Of a stretch of 64,000 bases of DNA, positions 55,508 to 64,000 are shown piece by piece. The position numbers and the translations under genes are program-made. Under the pieces are notes generated by a model that worked only from the letters and a program-made list of their open reading frames with translations, did no database searches and was not told where the DNA came from. How positions within the stretch are numbered: position 1 is the stretch's first letter; every line of letters starts with the position of its first letter. The DNA comes from an uncultured Acidobacteriota bacterium (GTDB lineage Bacteria; Actinomycetota; Acidimicrobiia; Spongiisociales; ZC4RG35). The stretch lies in contig CAWGJI010000019.1 of the NCBI GenBank assembly GCA_963822895.1, positions 307,456 through 371,455 of the forward strand. Reading direction: 5' to 3'.

Positions 55508-56719
55508 TTGGGAGGCTCGGTGAGGCGCCAGCAGACCCGCGCCCTCACCATCATCGCTTTTGCCCAGCTCCTGGCGTTGAGTCTCTGGTTCTCGGCTTCG
55601 GCGGTAGCGCCACAGCTGCGTGTGGCCTGGGGTCTCGACTCGGGAATGGAGGCTTGGCTCACCCTGGCCGTCCAATTGGGCTTCGTCGCCGGCGCCGTTC
55701 TTTCCGCTGTCCTCAACCTCGCTGATGTCGTCCCCGGGCGTCGGCTGTTCGCAGTGAGCGCGGTCGGAGGGGCGCTGGCCAATCTGGCTCTCCTCACTGT
55801 CGACGTCTCCAATCCGTTTTTGGGCATCGGGCTCAGATTCGCAACGGGGGTATTCCTCGCCGGTGTCTACCCGGCCGGCTTGAAGGTGCTCTCTGGATGG
55901 TTCCGAGAGGGGAGGGGTCGCGCCCTCGGAGTGATGGTCGGCGCGTTGACCATCGGCACCGCCTCTCCCCACCTCGTCCGGGGTCTCGGGCTCGATTGGC
56001 AGGGCGTCGTCGTTGCCTCCTCCGCGCTGGCATTTCTGGCGGCGGGGTTGCTCAGTCGGGTCGGTGACGGCCCGTATGAGACGAGCAGTCAGCCGTTTCG
56101 ATGGGATCAGGTGTCTCGGGTCGTGGCCAATCGGGGCGTTCGACTGTCCACGTACGGATACCTCGGGCACATGTGGGAGCTCTACGCGATGTGGACCTGG
56201 ATCGCGACCTATCTGGTTGCTTCATCGGACCAGGCCGGGGCGAGCTACGGGAGTGTCTCGGTGATCACCTTCTTCGTGATCGCCGTCGGCGGGCTCGGCT
56301 CGTGGTGGGCCGGATCGCTAGCCGACCGAATCGGCCGGACGCGGGTCGCCGGGGGGGCGATGGTCATCTCCGGGCTCTGCTCTTTGCTGACGGCTGCGAT
56401 CTTCGGTGCTTCGGTATGGCTGATCTTGCCGGTCGTGCTGGTTTGGGGCGTCTCGATCGTGGCCGACAGCGCCCAGTTCTCGACGATGGTCACCGAGACC
56501 GCGCCGGACGAGGTGCGTGGCACCGCATTGACCCTGCAGACCGCACTTGGCTTTCTCCTAACCATGGTCACCATCAAAGGCGTCCCTGTGATCGCAGAAG
56601 CGACCGGGTGGCGGTGGGCGTTCCCGATCCTGGCCCTCGGGCCGATGCTGGGTGTGGTCGCGATGGTCCGTCTGGCCCACAGCCCGATGGCAGCACAGCT
56701 GGCCGGGGGCCGCGGCTAG
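55508..56719 (+). CDS. MFS transporter
   Basis: Polytopic profile of about 12 segments. 403 aa. Confidence 0.85.
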   Translation: MGGSVRRQQTRALTIIAFAQLLALSLWFSASAVAPQLRVAWGLDSGMEAWLTLAVQLGFVAGAVLSAVLNLADVVPGRRLFAVSAVGGALANLALLTVDVSNPFLGIGLRFATGVFLAGVYPAGLKVLSGWFREGRGRALGVMVGALTIGTASPHLVRGLGLDWQGVVVASSALAFLAAGLLSRVGDGPYETSSQPFRWDQVSRVVANRGVRLSTYGYLGHMWELYAMWTWIATYLVASSDQAGASYGSVSVITFFVIAVGGLGSWWAGSLADRIGRTRVAGGAMVISGLCSLLTAAIFGASVWLILPVVLVWGVSIVADSAQFSTMVTETAPDEVRGTALTLQTALGFLLTMVTIKGVPVIAEATGWRWAFPILALGPMLGVVAMVRLAHSPMAAQLAGGRG

Positions 56720-56726
56720 AGCGGCG

Positions 56727-58421
56727 CTAGGGGACCGGGTCGGGGATCGGGTTGCCATTGCAATCGACCCCCTCGGCGGGCCGGTAGTCGGCCACGAATG
56801 TGTCCACGAGAACCCTGCCGTCCGTGTAGGTGCGCTGACGGTCTGTCTCGACATGGGTGCAAGCACCACGGCGTGAGGTCCGTTGGCCCAACTCGGTGAC
56901 TTCGATGTTCTTCGTCGAGTACATCGTGACGGTTATCGAGGTATCGGTGTAGGAGGTCCAGATGAGGATCGGATATCCGGTGGTGTTGGTGAATGCCAGG
57001 TCGGGCGCCGGGTTGGAGATCGTTGCCTCCCTCCCGTAGGGATATCGGGAGAAATATATGGTGTGGCTCCGGTACTCTTCGAAGTCGAGACCGGCGAAAT
57101 AGGCGGCATTGAAGATCGTTGTGGCGAATTGGGACACCCCGCCACCGACCTCGAGGATCAGGTGGCCCTGTCGAATCGCTCCCGCCGCCTTGAAGCCGTT
57201 CTCTCTGGTTCGGGGGCCGACGAACTCGTTCAAGGACAGCGTTTCGCCGGGTACCAGGTACACCCCCCGGACTATGTCGGCGATGCGATGGATGTTCTCC
57301 ACCCGGGTCTCACAACAGTGATGCGGTGTCGTGAATTCACCGACCGGCTCCACGATCTGCGAGCCGTCGGCCCAAGCGACGAGATCGGGGTCGTCGGCCG
57401 GGCGAGAGGGCAGCGAGAACGGTCCCTTCGATCCCTCCAGCACCCGGTTGCCCAGCCACTCGCCGATCCCAGCCTTGCAGCACACCGGTGGCGGCTGGCC
57501 CTGTGTCACCACGACGACCCTTCCGTCGAAGACATCGAATGTGGGCTCGACGAAGTCTCCGACCGGCCCGACGAACATCCTCTCCAACGTCTCCTGGAGC
57601 CCGGGCCCGTCGACCATCGTCACCAGCCGCCCGTTCCGGACCTTGGCCGAGAGGTGGTTTTGCAGCGCGGCACCGGTGAGCTTGGCCTCCCGACCGTTGA
57701 TCCTGACCACGACCCCTTCGCTGGTCATGTCGTTCAGGTGCTCGGCCAGTTGCTGCGCTGCCCCGTCGCCGACCGTGGGAAGAATCGTCTCCAATCCGAC
57801 TTCGATGTCTTGTGGAGGGTCCAGCAGATCGATCCGGCTGAGAGTATCGATGATCTCGGCGGTGTCGGCACTTGTTCCGGGTCGGCCGGGGACCATTTTC
57901 AGGCGTCCTTCACCGTCCGCCACCACTTCGGGCTCCGCCACGATCTCCGGTGTCAGAATGGGCTGGTGGTCCAGTGTCCGACGGGCCACTTCCGGATCGA
58001 AGTGCCACTCCTCGGTGGCCCTGCTCGTTGCGAATCCGCTGACTGCCCATGCCGAGAACTGATCCCACACCGAGCCGCGGTGCCTTGCTTCCAGAACGTT
58101 GATCTCGGTTGTCTCCCGGTCATATGAGAACCCAACGCTCTCGAGGGGGAGTGACAGTGCCCGGGTCCCGAAATCGATCGTTATCTCCCGGGAGAGGAGT
58201 TGGGCAGCCCGATCGTCCACCCTGCTCTGGACCTGGCCAGGATCCAGGCCCTCGACCGACACCCCCGCAAAGCTGACGTTTCCCGCGACCTCCTCGCCCT
58301 CGCTGGAGAGATGAGTCGACCAACCGAAGCCGGCAGCGACGAACAGGCCCAGGCCTAGTGCCAAAAATGCCCAGGAGAGAATGGAGACGGGAGCAGAGTG
58401 TTTTGCCAGAACCCGTGACAT
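56727..58421 (-). CDS. VanW-domain protein (YoaR-like) with an N-terminal membrane anchor
   Basis: VanW core: GPRTRENGFKAAGAI...GGGVSQFATTIFNAAYFAGL...YFSRYPYGREATI. Confidence 0.88.
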   Translation of the reverse strand: MSRVLAKHSAPVSILSWAFLALGLGLFVAAGFGWSTHLSSEGEEVAGNVSFAGVSVEGLDPGQVQSRVDDRAAQLLSREITIDFGTRALSLPLESVGFSYDRETTEINVLEARHRGSVWDQFSAWAVSGFATSRATEEWHFDPEVARRTLDHQPILTPEIVAEPEVVADGEGRLKMVPGRPGTSADTAEIIDTLSRIDLLDPPQDIEVGLETILPTVGDGAAQQLAEHLNDMTSEGVVVRINGREAKLTGAALQNHLSAKVRNGRLVTMVDGPGLQETLERMFVGPVGDFVEPTFDVFDGRVVVVTQGQPPPVCCKAGIGEWLGNRVLEGSKGPFSLPSRPADDPDLVAWADGSQIVEPVGEFTTPHHCCETRVENIHRIADIVRGVYLVPGETLSLNEFVGPRTRENGFKAAGAIRQGHLILEVGGGVSQFATTIFNAAYFAGLDFEEYRSHTIYFSRYPYGREATISNPAPDLAFTNTTGYPILIWTSYTDTSITVTMYSTKNIEVTELGQRTSRRGACTHVETDRQRTYTDGRVLVDTFVADYRPAEGVDCNGNPIPDPVP

Positions 58422-58450
58422 GATAAGGCTCGACGCTTCATGACCTGGTC

Positions 58451-59173
58451 ATGGGCATCAGTGCTGCCGCCGAGGCGGACCCGGGATTCGCATTGTCCAG
58501 CTCGGCGGACCAGCAACATCTGGCGTGGGTGGCCCGGTCCTTCGGCCGGGCCGACTACGCACCACTCACCACCACCGACCTGGAGGTGCTGATCTCCTCG
58601 GCCAAGGTCGTCTCGAAGTACCCCGGGACGCATCTCTTCCACGAGGGTGAGCCGCCGGGCGCCGTGTACCTCATCGAATCCGGCGAGGTGGAGGTCTATC
58701 GCGGCACGGGAGGCGCACGTAGGGTTGTCTCGCACGCCGGCCCCGGAACCATCCTGGGTGACCTCGCCCTCTTCGCCGGAGAGCCTCACATATCTTCGGC
58801 CGAGGCGGTTTCCAGAGTGCGGTTGTTTCGCTTCGATCGCGACAGCCTGCTGGCCGACCTGGCTCTTCACCCCTCCATCTCCATGCGGTGGTTGGTCGCC
58901 GGGCTGCGCCGTATGGAGCAGACCCAGCATCGGGTGATCAGGCTCATGCACAAGACGGTCCTGGGACAGGTGGCCGACCTGTTGGGGGAGGAGGCGGACG
59001 CGAGAGGCGACGTGCACCTGTCACAGACGACGATCGCCACCCTCCTCGGTGTGACACGTCAATCGGTCAACGAGGCGTTGGGCCGTCTACACGATCAGAA
59101 CCTCGTGGAGACGGGTTATCGCCAGATACGCGTCCTCGATCAGGCGAGGCTGGGTCGGATCTCCAACTCATGA
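58451..59173 (+). CDS. Crp/Fnr-family transcriptional regulator
   Basis: cNMP-binding domain (GEPPGAVYLIESGEVEV) plus a C-terminal HTH (TIATLLGVTRQSVNEALGRL). Confidence 0.9.
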   Translation: MGISAAAEADPGFALSSSADQQHLAWVARSFGRADYAPLTTTDLEVLISSAKVVSKYPGTHLFHEGEPPGAVYLIESGEVEVYRGTGGARRVVSHAGPGTILGDLALFAGEPHISSAEAVSRVRLFRFDRDSLLADLALHPSISMRWLVAGLRRMEQTQHRVIRLMHKTVLGQVADLLGEEADARGDVHLSQTTIATLLGVTRQSVNEALGRLHDQNLVETGYRQIRVLDQARLGRISNS

Positions 59174-59221
59174 GTGCCGTGTCCAACGATCATGGGGACA
59201 GCACCAGCTTGCCAACAACCC

Positions 59222-59251
59222 TTGACGCGTTTTGAGCACCCGCGTTATGCT
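59222..59251 (+). promoter_or_regulatory. Candidate promoter for rpoBC
   Basis: TTGACG (59222-59227), an 18-nt spacer, then TATGCT (59246-59251), about 150 nt upstream of the rpoB start. Confidence 0.35.
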
Positions 59252-59322
59252 GACCGGCAACCCCTTGTGGGGTCGGAGACGGTCGCAAGACGGTCGTCTT
59301 CAAAAGTGAAAGATTCGATTGG

Positions 59323-59352
59323 AGGCATGCTGACGCGTCTGTTAGCATGCCT
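59323..59352 (+). other. Perfect 9-bp stem-loop in the rpoB leader
   Basis: AGGCATGCT (59323-59331), a 12-nt loop, then AGCATGCCT (59344-59352). Confidence 0.5.
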
Positions 59353-59398
59353 TGTCTGCGTTATCTAGATCTAATCCGCATTCCTCAGGAGGCACCCC

Positions 59399-62300
59399 TT
59401 GGTTTCACGCGTGGCTGAGCGCTTTTCATTTGGCAAGATCCCCGAAGTCCTTCCACTTCCCGACCTACTCGCCGTCCAACACGAGTCCTTTCAATGGTTT
59501 CTCGATGAGGGCTTTCGCGAGATATTCGAGGAGATAAGTCCGATCGAGGACTTCACGGGCTCACTCGCCCTGGAGTTGACCGATCACCGTTTCGGTGAGC
59601 CTCAGATGAGTCTCGAGGAGGCAAAGGAGCGTGACGCCAATTTCGCCATGCCCCTCTTCGTCACGGCCCGGTTCATGAATCGCCAGACCGGTGAGATCAA
59701 AGAGCAGCAGGTCTTCCTCGGTGATTTCCCGATCATGACCGACAAGGGCGTCTTCATCATCAACGGCACGGAGCGTGTGATCGTCTCCCAGCTCGTGCGC
59801 TCGCCGGGCATCTACTTCGATGTGTCACCGGACAAGACCTCGGACAAGGAGATCTTCTCCGGGAAGATCATCCCGGGTCGTGGGGCGTGGCTCGAATTCG
59901 ACACCGACAAGAAGGACACGATCGGGGTCCGGGTCGATCGAAAGCGACGTCAATACATAACCGCCTTCCTCAAGGCGCTCGGCATCGCCGAGACCGACGA
60001 GGAGATCCTCGAGTTGTTCGACAACGCAGAGTCGATCAAGAACACGATCGAGAAGGACACGGCTGCCACCAAGGAAGAAGCCCTGCTCGACCTCTACCGC
60101 AAGCTTCGCCCCGGTGAGCCGACCACCGTCGAATCGGCTCGTGGGCTGATCCAGACCCTGTTCCGCAATCCCAAGCGCTATGACCTGACGAGGGTTGGTC
60201 GTTACAAGATCAGCCAAAAGTACGAAGAGAAGGCGCCGGCCGACTATCGCGCCGAAGGTCTGCAGCTTCTCCGGGACGAGGACATCATCGACGCCATCAA
60301 GTACCTGGTGGCCCTCCACGCCGGTGAGGCCACGATGGTCACTCAGGCCGGCAACGAGGTGAAGGTCAGCACCGACGACATCGATCACTTCGGCAACAGG
60401 CGTATCCGCACCGTGGGAGAACTGGTCCAGAACCAGGTCCGCGTCGGGCTGACCCGTCTCGAGCGAGTCGTCAGAGAGCGGATGACCACCCAGGACCCGG
60501 ACGCGATCACACCACAGAGCTTGATCAACATCCGGCCCGTCACCGCCGCCATCAAGGAGTTCTTCGGCACCTCCCAGCTGTCCCAGTTCATGGATCAGCC
60601 GAATCCCCTGGCCGGTCTCACCCACCGCCGCCGTCTCTCTGCATTGGGCCCTGGTGGCCTGTCCCGGGAGCGCGCCGGCTTCGAGGTTCGCGACGTGCAT
60701 CCGTCCCACTACGGCCGGATGTGCCCCATCGAGACGCCCGAAGGCCCGAACATCGGTCTCATCGGCTCACTGGCCTCTTACGCGAGGGTCAATGAGTTCG
60801 GCTTCATCGAAACCCCGTATCGCAAGGTGGTCGACGGGAGGGTGACTTCCAAGGTCGAGTACCTCACGGCCACCGAGGAGGAGCGCTTCGTCATCGCCCA
60901 GGCGAATGCGCCGTTGGACGACGACGGGAAGTTCTCCAACAACCGCGTCTTGGTCCGCACGGCCGGTGGGGAAGTGGAGTTCGTCCTCGCCAAGGAAGTC
61001 GATTACATGGACGTCTCTCCCAAGCAGATCGTCTCGGTTTCGACCTCGCTCATCCCGTTCCTCGAGCACGACGACGCCAACAGAGCCCTCATGGGATCGA
61101 ACATGCAGCGTCAAGCCGTGCCCCTGCTGACCGCTGACGCCCCCCTCGTCGGCACAGGGGTGGAGCAGCGTGCAGCCCAGGATTCGGGTGACATGGTGGT
61201 GACACCGGTCGACGGTGAGGTGGTCGAGGTGACCGGTGACCAGATCGTGGTCAAAGAGAAGGGCGCCAACAAGAAGCACACCTTCGCCCTCGACAAGTTC
61301 AAGCGCTCCAATCAGGGCACTTGCATGAACCACAAGCCCCTCGTGCGTGAAGGCGACAAAGTCAAAGCCGGAGACGTCCTCGCCGACGGCCCCTCCACCG
61401 ACCAGGGCGAGCTGGCCCTTGGCCGGAACCTCCTCGTCGCATTCATGCCCTGGCAGGGCCACAACTTCGAGGACGCAATCATCATCTCGGCTCGCCTGGT
61501 CAAGGACGACGTGCTCACCTCGATCCACATCGAGGAGCATGAGATCGACGCCAGGGACACAAAGCTGGGCGCCGAGGAGATCACTCGGGACATCCCCAAC
61601 GTCCCCGAGGAGGTATTGGCCAACCTCGACGAAGAGGGGATCATCAGAGTCGGAGCCGAAGTCGGCCCCGGCGATTATCTGGTCGGCAAGGTCACTCCCA
61701 AGGGCGAGACCGAGCTGACCCCGGAGGAGCGCCTCTTGCGGGCGATCTTCGGTGAGAAGGCGCGCGAGGTTCGGGATACCTCACTCAAGGTGCCGCACGG
61801 TGAGAACGGGAAGGTCATCGCCGTCAAGGTCTTCAAACGGTCCGAGGATTACGACTTGCCGCCCGGTGTCAACGAACTCGTCCGGATCTATGTGGCACAG
61901 CAGAGGAAGATCTCCGAAGGCGACAAGCTGGCCGGGCGTCATGGGAACAAGGGCGTCATCTCGAAGGTCCTCCCCGAAGAAGAGATGCCCTTCCTGGCCG
62001 ACGGGACCCCCGTAGACATCATCCTGTCACCGTTGGGCGTCCCATCGCGGATGAACCTCGGCCAGGTCCTGGAGACACACCTCGGCTGGGCGGCTGCACA
62101 AGGTTGGGAGCCCTTCGAGGGGGCCAGCCCGGCCTTCAAGGGAGCCAAGCCCTGGACCAATGTCGCCACCCCCGTCTTCGACGGAGCCAAGGAAGACGAG
62201 ATCATGCAGGTGATCAAGTCGGCCCGCCCCAATCGAGACGGCGACCGGCTGGTTGGCCTCGATGGGAAGGCGACCCTCTACGACGGTCGCAGTGGCGAGC

Positions 62301-62770
62301 CTTTCGATACCGATGTCACGGTCGGATACATCTACATGTTGAAGCTCGTCCACCTGGTGGACGAGAAGATCCATGCACGTTCCACCGGTCCTTACAGCAT
62401 GATCACGCAGCAGCCACTTGGTGGAAAAGCCCAATTCGGTGGCCAGCGCTTCGGTGAGATGGAGGTCTGGGCGCTCGAGGCCTATGGCGCCGCCTACGCC
62501 CTTCAGGAGCTCCTCACCATCAAGTCCGACGATGTGCAGGGCAGGGTCAAGGTCTACGAAGCCATCGTCAAGGGCGACAACATCCCCGAGCCGGGTATCC
62601 CCGAGTCCTTCCGGGTGCTGGTCAAGGAGATGCAGAGCCTCTGCCTGAACGTCGAGATGTTGTCCGCCGGTGAGGAAGTGGAGCTTCGCGAGCTCGAGGA
62701 AGAGAGTTATCGCTCGGTCGAGACCCTCGGGATCGATTTGAGCCGCCCGGAGCGACCCGATTCCGACTGA
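59399..62770 (+). CDS. rpoB: DNA-directed RNA polymerase subunit beta
   Basis: 1123 aa with canonical beta-subunit motifs, including the rifampicin-cluster region [35 protein letters not shown] start preceded by AGGAGG. Confidence 0.98.
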   Translation: MVSRVAERFSFGKIPEVLPLPDLLAVQHESFQWFLDEGFREIFEEISPIEDFTGSLALELTDHRFGEPQMSLEEAKERDANFAMPLFVTARFMNRQTGEIKEQQVFLGDFPIMTDKGVFIINGTERVIVSQLVRSPGIYFDVSPDKTSDKEIFSGKIIPGRGAWLEFDTDKKDTIGVRVDRKRRQYITAFLKALGIAETDEEILELFDNAESIKNTIEKDTAATKEEALLDLYRKLRPGEPTTVESARGLIQTLFRNPKRYDLTRVGRYKISQKYEEKAPADYRAEGLQLLRDEDIIDAIKYLVALHAGEATMVTQAGNEVKVSTDDIDHFGNRRIRTVGELVQNQVRVGLTRLERVVRERMTTQDPDAITPQSLINIRPVTAAIKEFFGTSQLSQFMDQPNPLAGLTHRRRLSALGPGGLSRERAGFEVRDVHPSHYGRMCPIETPEGPNIGLIGSLASYARVNEFGFIETPYRKVVDGRVTSKVEYLTATEEERFVIAQANAPLDDDGKFSNNRVLVRTAGGEVEFVLAKEVDYMDVSPKQIVSVSTSLIPFLEHDDANRALMGSNMQRQAVPLLTADAPLVGTGVEQRAAQDSGDMVVTPVDGEVVEVTGDQIVVKEKGANKKHTFALDKFKRSNQGTCMNHKPLVREGDKVKAGDVLADGPSTDQGELALGRNLLVAFMPWQGHNFEDAIIISARLVKDDVLTSIHIEEHEIDARDTKLGAEEITRDIPNVPEEVLANLDEEGIIRVGAEVGPGDYLVGKVTPKGETELTPEERLLRAIFGEKAREVRDTSLKVPHGENGKVIAVKVFKRSEDYDLPPGVNELVRIYVAQQRKISEGDKLAGRHGNKGVISKVLPEEEMPFLADGTPVDIILSPLGVPSRMNLGQVLETHLGWAAAQGWEPFEGASPAFKGAKPWTNVATPVFDGAKEDEIMQVIKSARPNRDGDRLVGLDGKATLYDGRSGEPFDTDVTVGYIYMLKLVHLVDEKIHARSTGPYSMITQQPLGGKAQFGGQRFGEMEVWALEAYGAAYALQELLTIKSDDVQGRVKVYEAIVKGDNIPEPGIPESFRVLVKEMQSLCLNVEMLSAGEEVELRELEEESYRSVETLGIDLSRPERPDSD

Positions 62771-62943
62771 CGGATGCGCCCACGGGAATAGTGAGCGGTT
62801 ACACAGAGTGCGAGTGATACCCGGCCGGACCGATGTGTTCTCCGAGGTATCAGCAGTTTTGAAGAAGAGAGAACGTAGCCCCCAGATAGGAGATAGGCGG
62901 TAGACGGGAGGGGACTCCCGGCCAAAGTCCGCCGGCAAACAAC

Positions 62944-64000
62944 ATGGCTCAGCAGCTATTCGATGAACTGAAGATAGGGCTGGCTTCGAGCGATCAGATC
63001 CGATCCTGGTCGTACGGCGAGGTCAAGAAGCCCGAGACGATCAACTACCGGACCCTTCGCCCGGAGAAGGAGGGCCTCTTCGACGAGAGGATCTTCGGCC
63101 CCCAGCGCGACTGGGAGTGCTACTGCGGCAAGTACAAGCGAATCCGGTACAAGGGGATCATCTGTGAGCGTTGTGGTGTTGAAGTCACACGCTCGAAGGT
63201 TCGTCGCGAGCGCATGGGGCACATCGAGCTCGCCGCCCCGGTAACCCACATCTGGTTCTTCAAGGGTGTCCCCAGTCGTCTCGGGTATCTGCTCGACATG
63301 TCACCGAAGGAGCTGGAGAAGGTCATCTACTTCGCCAGCTACATCATCACCTCTGTCGACGATGAGAAGAGGCAGAAGGACCTTCCCGAGCTCGAGGCGG
63401 CTATGCGCGACGAGATCGAGGTGGTTCGTTCGGAGTTCTCCGAGTGGCACGAGGTTCGACTCGAGGCGCTCGAGGACGAGTTGGAGCGGATGGAGGAAGG
63501 CGGGGCCAAGAGCCAGGAGATCAATGCTCGGAAGAAGGAAGTCGAGCGTGAGATCAAGGAGCGTCAGGATCGCTCCGACCGCGAGGTCGAGTTGATCGAG
63601 GACGCCTTTGACACCTTCCGGAAGTTCAAGCCTAAGAACCTGGTCGAGTCAGAGCAGTTGTGGCGTGAGATCTACTTCCGCTACGACGACTATTTCGAGG
63701 GCGGCATGGGCGCCGAAGCGGTCAAGGCCCTCCTCGCCAATCTCGACCTCGATGCAGAAATGCAGCTCCTCGAGGAGCATCTCGACGCCGGGTCCGCCCA
63801 GAAGAGGCAGCGGGCGACGCAGAGGATGAAGGTTGTCAAGCCGTTCTGGGAGGGGCAGAACCGCCCTGAGGACATGATCCTCGAGACGGTGCCGGTCATC
63901 CCGCCCGACCTGCGCCCCATGGTCCAGCTCGACGGTGGCCGCTTTGCGACCTCCGATCTCAATGACCTCTATCGCCGTGTCATCAACCGGAACAACCGTC
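62944..64000 (+). CDS. rpoC: DNA-directed RNA polymerase subunit beta' (5' part, continues beyond the window)
   Basis: My own translation from the ATG at 62944 reads [79 protein letters not shown] (zinc-finger region) ... [14 protein letters not shown]. It is absent from the ORF track because no stop lies within the window. Confidence 0.97.
   Translation, partial: MAQQLFDELKIGLASSDQIRSWSYGEVKKPETINYRTLRPEKEGLFDERIFGPQRDWECYCGKYKRIRYKGIICERCGVEVTRSKVRRERMGHIELAAPVTHIWFFKGVPSRLGYLLDMSPKELEKVIYFASYIITSVDDEKRQKDLPELEAAMRDEIEVVRSEFSEWHEVRLEALEDELERMEEGGAKSQEINARKKEVEREIKERQDRSDREVELIEDAFDTFRKFKPKNLVESEQLWREIYFRYDDYFEGGMGAEAVKALLANLDLDAEMQLLEEHLDAGSAQKRQRATQRMKVVKPFWEGQNRPEDMILETVPVIPPDLRPMVQLDGGRFATSDLNDLYRRVINRNNR

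Noticed and set aside
62915-62938. GGCCAAAGTCCGCCGGCAA in the rpoB-rpoC spacer resembles the right arm of the 105-810 repeat (GGCCAAACAGACGCCGG) and produces another MPADFGRE ORF start
   Set aside because: It is a short half-site with no partner arm and several differences. In a GC-rich genome this could be chance. It is worth including in a genome-wide search for the repeat but is not a feature on its own.

Overview
GC-rich (third codon positions mostly G/C), very tightly packed chromosomal segment. WhiB, NucS, an F420-type LLM oxidoreductase and an XRE/HbhA-like gene pair point to an Actinomycetota-type genome, but that is inference. The content is almost all core housekeeping. It includes glnE, nadE, mgtE, greA, a selD-led four-gene operon ending in aceK, and a penicillin-acylase-family gene. 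An 11-gene, translationally coupled caa3-type cytochrome oxidase locus runs from accessory lipoprotein and membrane genes through ctaB and ctaCDEFG. The rest covers a serine-pathway pair, lgt, tag, a sulfite-oxidase-fold Mo enzyme, rhodanese, a YCII/ECF-sigma pair, nhaA, fba, a MoaD-like/BNR pair, nucS, trmL, a RimK triad, hsp20, rpoB and the 5' part of rpoC. I saw no tRNA, rRNA, CRISPR array, transposase, integrase or recognisable defence system. The features least explained by ordinary annotation are: (1) a ~700 bp array of alternating palindromic REP/BIME-like units at 105-810; (2) the selD-ferredoxin-hydrolase-aceK operon; (3) a cupredoxin-like lipoprotein, a polytopic membrane protein and a micro-protein upstream of ctaB; (4) CtaD carrying a CtaF-like C-terminal extension; (5) an ECF sigma ORF with no canonical start codon; (6) a GG-terminated MoaD-like gene coupled to a BNR propeller; (7) an AT-rich consensus promoter with a perfect inverted repeat in front of hsp20. 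Product calls come from recognising motifs in the supplied translations. No database search was run. Start codons are often uncertain, whereas stop codons are firm.
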